Source: an uncultured virus (IMG/VR IMGVR_UViG_3300030107_004098) (Duplodnaviria > Heunggongvirae > Uroviricota > Caudoviricetes). From it: DNA of 31,615 nt. The position numbers were made by a program, and so were the translations under genes. Below, piece by piece: positions 27,186-31,615 of this stretch. The notes under the pieces are model-generated. The model made no database searches. It worked only from the letters and a program-made list of their open reading frames with translations, and was not told the origin of the DNA. Within the stretch, counting starts at the first letter, position 1. Every line of letters starts with the position of its first letter. Location: IMG/VR virus record IMGVR_UViG_3300030107_004098; one strand, given 5' to 3'.

Positions 27186-27233
27186 AAAAATAAAAAAAAT
27201 TGGACCTGACCCCCAATTTTGGGGGCCAAGCCC
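27186..27233 (-). terminator. Hairpin plus U-tract terminator for the minus-strand operon
   Basis: On the minus strand GGGCTTGGCCCCCA-AAAT-TGGGGGTCAGGTCC forms a 14-bp stem with 3 G-U pairs, followed by AATTTTTTTTATTTTT. It begins 7 nt after the exonuclease stop, between convergent operons. Confidence 0.8.
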
Positions 27234-27240
27234 GTTTTAT

Positions 27241-27849
27241 TTACCATTTAATTTTAACTTCATTTAATTTATCATCTTCTGCGTTGTAATATTTAACAAT
27301 ACCAGTTTCTTGACCATATTTCCATAAATCATAAGTAAGTTTAGTATCACTTATACAGTATTTTAACACTTCTTCAAATTGACCTGCTCTCCATTTAACA
27401 ACGGCATCGGTTCCTTCCATTAATTTACCTGTATCTAATGTGCATTTAACGGCGTTATCTAAATGTATTCGTTGTCCAGTAGCACTCGTTAATAGTGCTG
27501 AGGTATCAATACACCTATCTTCCTTTTCTTGTAAATACTTCCTTACAATATAAATATCCATAGAATCTCTAAGGACTGGTAAATCAAAGACATTAATATT
27601 ATGACCTAATAACTTACCACCCTTTTGAAAGTGGTCATCTAAATCAAACTTTAATTCTTTTAGAGGCTTCCAAGTGGCCTCATCACTTTTGCATAAATCT
27701 GAATCGCCTCCTTCATCAGAATAAATTGTTGCGTTATTTCCATCCCATGTTGCTACACAGGCTACCTTAAATAAGTGTGGGTTTCCCCAACCACCAATCT
27801 CATGACTTAAATTCTTTGTTTCTATATCTATTGATAATACGTTATTCAT
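27241..27849 (-). CDS. DEDD/DnaQ-like (RNase H fold) 3'-5' exonuclease
   Basis: ExoI SIDIETK, ExoII GHNINVFDLPVL and ExoIII YCISDTKLT. Confidence 0.85.
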   Translation of the reverse strand: MNNVLSIDIETKNLSHEIGGWGNPHLFKVACVATWDGNNATIYSDEGGDSDLCKSDEATWKPLKELKFDLDDHFQKGGKLLGHNINVFDLPVLRDSMDIYIVRKYLQEKEDRCIDTSALLTSATGQRIHLDNAVKCTLDTGKLMEGTDAVVKWRAGQFEEVLKYCISDTKLTYDLWKYGQETGIVKYYNAEDDKLNEVKIKW

Positions 27850-29371
27850 TTTTTTCCCTCAATCTTACATATGATTTTTTGTTTCTCTTTTCTTCAAAAA
27901 GATGCGCTACTTCCGGCCATGTTCTATAAAACTTACTTGGGGCGCAACCTTCATACTTTGCATACTTAGCCACCATTGTTGTTTTAGGAACCCAACCGTC
28001 TTCGCCGTTAACTCTAACCTTTTTACATTGTGCATAAATTGCTCTATAAACCTTTTCAGTTTGATTACCAATACGTTTCTTAGGTCTTTGTTTAAGTTTA
28101 TCAGAAAACCAATTAGTAATAGAATCAAAACTTTCGTCTGTTAACTGCCTACCCATATCAATATGTTTAGGTAAAATAATATGACTTCTTTCTGATGCTG
28201 CACAAAGCGCGGCTGATATAGCAATATTGTTAATAATATTCATTAAGAAAGTATTTAGTGCTTCAAACACTTGGTCTTCTATACCTTCCATATACTTTCG
28301 CATACCTTTATGAACAATCTTTAACTTTCTCTGAGCATCAGGACTCCATACTATAACTCTACGTTTATCACCATTAACTTCGTTAAGCCTGTTTTGTGCC
28401 CAACGATATGTTCCGTATAGCATTTCTGAGAACTCTTCAAAGTATTGCTCATTATCATTTTCATTACCATCAGCAATCATACCAATATTATCAATATACT
28501 GTTCTTCCATTTGTTGTTTAAGTGATTCAGGAACTTCCCGAACATATAACCACATACGTTGGAATACACCCTTTGTTAAAATTACTCTTTCAAGTCCTTC
28601 TGGTGGTAGAGTAGTAGCCCACAAAGACCTCTGGCAATCTACTACTAAGTCCTTACCCCATTCAGTAAGTCGCTTTTTAATAAGATGTGTATCTGAATCT
28701 AAACGATTCATGAACTTTTGAAACAACATTACAGTTTCGGACTTATGTTGAGTTTCCTTAAATATGCCCGAATGTTCAAATTCATCGAAAGCGATAATAC
28801 CACTTCCATATAAACTACCATAAATAGGAATGTCTGTAACTTCGGGTATATTATAATCTTCATCATCACGCGCTTGAGCGCGGTCATAATCTGGATTAGG
28901 TTGATTTACCTTTAATGTTCCCAATAATCCTTGGTCTGTAAAACTATCAGGGTTTTGTAGGTTAAACTCTTTTACTCCATTTAACGGGAGTGTGGGTTCT
29001 TGTAGTGTAGCACCGTGATTATTAACTAATTCAAAAGTGCGTTGCCAGACAGGTGATAGAAAATCAAACATTGTTGTTTTTCCTGACCTTGCTGATTGAA
29101 CCCAACAGTGATGAATACGTGGGTCTAACGTAAGCATCCCCACAGGTATTCTAATTGTATCTTTTAAAATCTGCCCTAATGATACAAAGTAGGCCATCGT
29201 TGCTGGGTATTCATTATGTAATGAAAACCTTGATACAACTTCAACCCACCTTTGCACGTCATCAGGTAGACCAGTATGTTCACTTCTCATACTAGTATAT
29301 ATTTCATCCTTTTGGATGCGTTCTAATTTATCATATATTTCCCAAGCATCTACATCATAATCTTGTGCCAT
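27842..29371 (-). CDS. MCM-like AAA+ ATPase, putative replicative helicase
   Basis: Walker A variant QSARSGKT, TDQGLLGT, Walker B GIIAFDEFE, sensor region SLWATTLP and arginine-finger-like GVFQRM; possible winged-helix C-terminus. Confidence 0.7.
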   Translation of the reverse strand: MAQDYDVDAWEIYDKLERIQKDEIYTSMRSEHTGLPDDVQRWVEVVSRFSLHNEYPATMAYFVSLGQILKDTIRIPVGMLTLDPRIHHCWVQSARSGKTTMFDFLSPVWQRTFELVNNHGATLQEPTLPLNGVKEFNLQNPDSFTDQGLLGTLKVNQPNPDYDRAQARDDEDYNIPEVTDIPIYGSLYGSGIIAFDEFEHSGIFKETQHKSETVMLFQKFMNRLDSDTHLIKKRLTEWGKDLVVDCQRSLWATTLPPEGLERVILTKGVFQRMWLYVREVPESLKQQMEEQYIDNIGMIADGNENDNEQYFEEFSEMLYGTYRWAQNRLNEVNGDKRRVIVWSPDAQRKLKIVHKGMRKYMEGIEDQVFEALNTFLMNIINNIAISAALCAASERSHIILPKHIDMGRQLTDESFDSITNWFSDKLKQRPKKRIGNQTEKVYRAIYAQCKKVRVNGEDGWVPKTTMVAKYAKYEGCAPSKFYRTWPEVAHLFEEKRNKKSYVRLREKNE

Positions 29372-30066
29372 TATTCCTTTACCTCCTTCTCTTCATTTAA
29401 TGTTTTTAATATTCTATTTGCTGTTACTCTTCCAAAACCATCTAACTCGGAAATTTCTTTTACCGAAGCAGCAGACAGTTCTGCTATACTACCCCATTTA
29501 TTTAATAGTGTTTTTGCTTTTATTACTGATATTCCTTTAATTTGTGTTAACATGTCTATTCTTAAATCATCTGTTCTTTGTTTTTTTGGTAATGCTTTAG
29601 TTAATTCAAAATGACCATCTAAGTGTGAATACATCGCTAATACACAATGGGCCGCAACTGTTACGTTAGGAACCCATAATACCTTAATATTAGTATTAAT
29701 TTGTAGAGCGCCAACTGCGCCAACAAACATTCTTTTTAATCTATTCTTCCAGTGCATAGAATTAAATTGTCCGTTATTAACTCTATCTAAATACTGCATC
29801 GCTTCCTCAAATGTTCCATATATCAATACTACAGATATATCATAGTTATCTAACATATTAGACGCTTGATTAAATACACGTTGATTTCTAACAGATGCTA
29901 AAAAATCACCTGATGACTTTGCTTCTATCGCTATAGTTTTATTAGCCGACATAACATAGTCACCTATTTCTAACCACTGTTTTTTATATTCAACCTTTTG
30001 TTCTTCACAGAGTTTAATTACTGCTCCGCTTAATATTGAATCTTCTCTACTATCTATTAATAACAT
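29371..30066 (-). CDS. XPF/ERCC4-family structure-specific nuclease with C-terminal HhH motifs
   Basis: IDSRE, GDYV and IEAKSSGDF nuclease motifs; IKGISVIKAK and LDGFGRVTA HhH pair. Confidence 0.9.
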   Translation of the reverse strand: MLLIDSREDSILSGAVIKLCEEQKVEYKKQWLEIGDYVMSANKTIAIEAKSSGDFLASVRNQRVFNQASNMLDNYDISVVLIYGTFEEAMQYLDRVNNGQFNSMHWKNRLKRMFVGAVGALQINTNIKVLWVPNVTVAAHCVLAMYSHLDGHFELTKALPKKQRTDDLRIDMLTQIKGISVIKAKTLLNKWGSIAELSAASVKEISELDGFGRVTANRILKTLNEEKEVKE

Positions 30067-31094
30067 TCACCATACCTCCAACATTTACCTACACATAAAC
30101 CTTCATTAATTAATGTATTACACGAAGGAGCCATATAACGCTTATCTACAATAAACGAAACATGTTTATGTGTTTCTTGTTCGTTATAATCAATCCATAC
30201 ATTTTCATTATCTGCAATAGTTGATATTTCTTTACATATACTACCTTTAATTGTTCTAAGAGCAGGTCCACCAATATTTCTAGGACTAGCAAAACCACCT
30301 GTTTCTAACACGGCCATTTCAGACAGTATCTCATTATACCATTGAGCAAGTAAAACTCTCGCTCTATGGTTTGGGTTTTCTACCATTATTGCGTTTTTAA
30401 GACAAGGTAGAATAGGTAGTTCGCCGGGAGATTCAACACTATCTATTTCTATAGGTAGTGCATGAAACTCTTTCACTTCCGGCCATCGAACTAATTTAGT
30501 TCCTATATATCTTCCTTCGACCGGTATATTCCTTTTACCTTTAGACAGGCTTAATATATACGGTAAGTGATTTAACCTATCTGATGGAACCAAAGGAATA
30601 CAATATCTACCACCGACCATATTCCACGTATTCATTACACGACGTAATCTAGCAGTATTAATTACCGAAGCATCAAGTGTAGATGATTGGGCCACATCAA
30701 CGCATATATCAAAGAATGCTCTAATTTGTCTAATATTATTTGCTATTCCTCCATATACGAAGATGTAAAACCCGCGCCCACTAAAGGCCATAGAGTGTTT
30801 ATAATCTTTTGAATTTAACCAACTACAAACTCTCATGAAAGCATCATGCGCTTCTTCTAAATTACCATCGTGGGCATCAAAGTCAAGAAAGATACGGTCA
30901 AGAATAATCGAATGTTCAAGCCCCCTATTATGTGTAAAATCACTGTAGTCGTATACAGAAGTATAGACACTCATCTTCCCATTATATGCTTTAACAAACT
31001 GTCCGTATTCTTCTTTATTCTCAACTACTTTTCTTGATGGGTTTATTGCGCCTTTAATATGACTACCTGCCCACATCTCTCTTGGAAACTTCAA
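30057..31094 (-). CDS. Archaeo-eukaryotic primase fused to a PriL-like Cys-containing C-terminal domain
   Basis: Motif I FLDFD, motif II region FSGRGFY and motif III region LD...ARLRRV. The C-terminus LPCL...NHRAR...DY...YMAPSC...GLCVGKC provides four candidate Fe-S ligands. Confidence 0.85.
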   Translation of the reverse strand: MKFPREMWAGSHIKGAINPSRKVVENKEEYGQFVKAYNGKMSVYTSVYDYSDFTHNRGLEHSIILDRIFLDFDAHDGNLEEAHDAFMRVCSWLNSKDYKHSMAFSGRGFYIFVYGGIANNIRQIRAFFDICVDVAQSSTLDASVINTARLRRVMNTWNMVGGRYCIPLVPSDRLNHLPYILSLSKGKRNIPVEGRYIGTKLVRWPEVKEFHALPIEIDSVESPGELPILPCLKNAIMVENPNHRARVLLAQWYNEILSEMAVLETGGFASPRNIGGPALRTIKGSICKEISTIADNENVWIDYNEQETHKHVSFIVDKRYMAPSCNTLINEGLCVGKCWRYGECY

Positions 31095-31570
31095 TCAATC
31101 ATCCCCTGCTCTTTCATTTCTTCACCTGTTAATAATTTTGCATCCTTTCGGATTCTTTCTTTTAGTGACTGAATTGCTGGAATTTCTTCTACGATTTCTT
31201 CTACCACTTCTTCTACTACATCTTCTGCAGATGTTTTAGTTTCAGGAGCATGACGCATAATTCCACCAATGTCTACTTCTGCTTCATCTAATACTTGACT
31301 AACCATACTTCTAATATAAATAGAGGCACTCTCAATAAATTTCTCTTTAATGAAGGTCTGCATTTCTGTATCAAAGAAACGATATACACTTAATAAGTCG
31401 GCACTACTAAAACATTTAATTGCCAAATCTTCGGATATACGTTCTATGTCTAACACATCTCTTACTGACCATTTCTTATCTGCAATCAATTTCATCAAAA
31501 GTTGTTCTATATCTTCTCCTTTATACTTTTCAGGCATTTTTAATTTATCTACATTTTCACCAGAAGTCAT
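31091..31570 (-). CDS. Hypothetical acidic protein
   Basis: GGAGGT RBS at 31583-31578 favours ATG 31570; ATGA-coupled to the primase gene. Confidence 0.6.
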   Translation of the reverse strand: MTSGENVDKLKMPEKYKGEDIEQLLMKLIADKKWSVRDVLDIERISEDLAIKCFSSADLLSVYRFFDTEMQTFIKEKFIESASIYIRSMVSQVLDEAEVDIGGIMRHAPETKTSAEDVVEEVVEEIVEEIPAIQSLKERIRKDAKLLTGEEMKEQGMID

Positions 31571-31615
31571 ATCCATTACCTCCACCTACTGCTTCACAAT
31601 GGTCGTAATGTCCAC
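31557..31615 (-). CDS. 3' end of an upstream gene, possibly a Cas4-like/PD-(D/E)xK nuclease
   Basis: Reads x-GHYDHCEAVGGGNGYDFW-stop. If the truncated first codon (NGT) is TGT, the C-x5-C spacing matches the end of a Cas4-type Cys cluster. Only about 19 codons are visible. Confidence 0.3.
   Translation of the reverse strand, partial: GHYDHCEAVGGGNGYDFW

Noticed and set aside
27902..31608. Overlapping ORFs 27902-28144, 27907-28128, 29363-29614 and 31420-31608
   Set aside because: They overlap better-supported minus-strand genes and have no independent support.
1..31615. Stop-codon reassignment, tRNA/rRNA genes, integrase or IS elements, inteins
   Set aside because: Genes tile densely under the standard code with normal stop/start overlaps. 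Intergenic gaps are short and show no cloverleaf, and I recognised no transposase, integrase or intein motifs by eye.

Overview
This is an AT-rich fragment of a tailed archaeal dsDNA virus genome. It most resembles the magroviruses (Magrovirales) that infect marine Poseidoniales/MGII Euryarchaeota; this assignment comes from gene content and GGTGA-type ribosome-binding sites, not from a database search. Positions 1-27157 (+) form a tightly coupled morphogenesis region: major capsid protein (5'-truncated), capsid accessory proteins, a 1019-aa charged protein, neck proteins, a 781-aa tail tube, tail assembly chaperones with a -1 frameshift, a short tape measure protein, distal tail proteins, a ~2900-aa tail tip/hub protein, a fibre, a holin-like protein and an HNH nuclease. 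No tail sheath is recognisable, so the tail is probably non-contractile. Positions 27241-31615 (-) form a convergent replication module: DEDD exonuclease, MCM-like ATPase, XPF/ERCC4 nuclease and a fused PriS-PriL-like primase. The four most interesting signals are: (i) unrelated inserted proteins sharing an MSWxxxIK leader, echoed by an internal ILK junction and by LLK near the capsid N-terminus, a candidate capsid-targeting and protease-processing system; (ii) a ~73-aa beta module inserted repeatedly into head and tail proteins; (iii) two G-U-compensated hairpins, one with a TATA-like loop; and (iv) non-canonical catalytic motifs in three adjacent replication enzymes.
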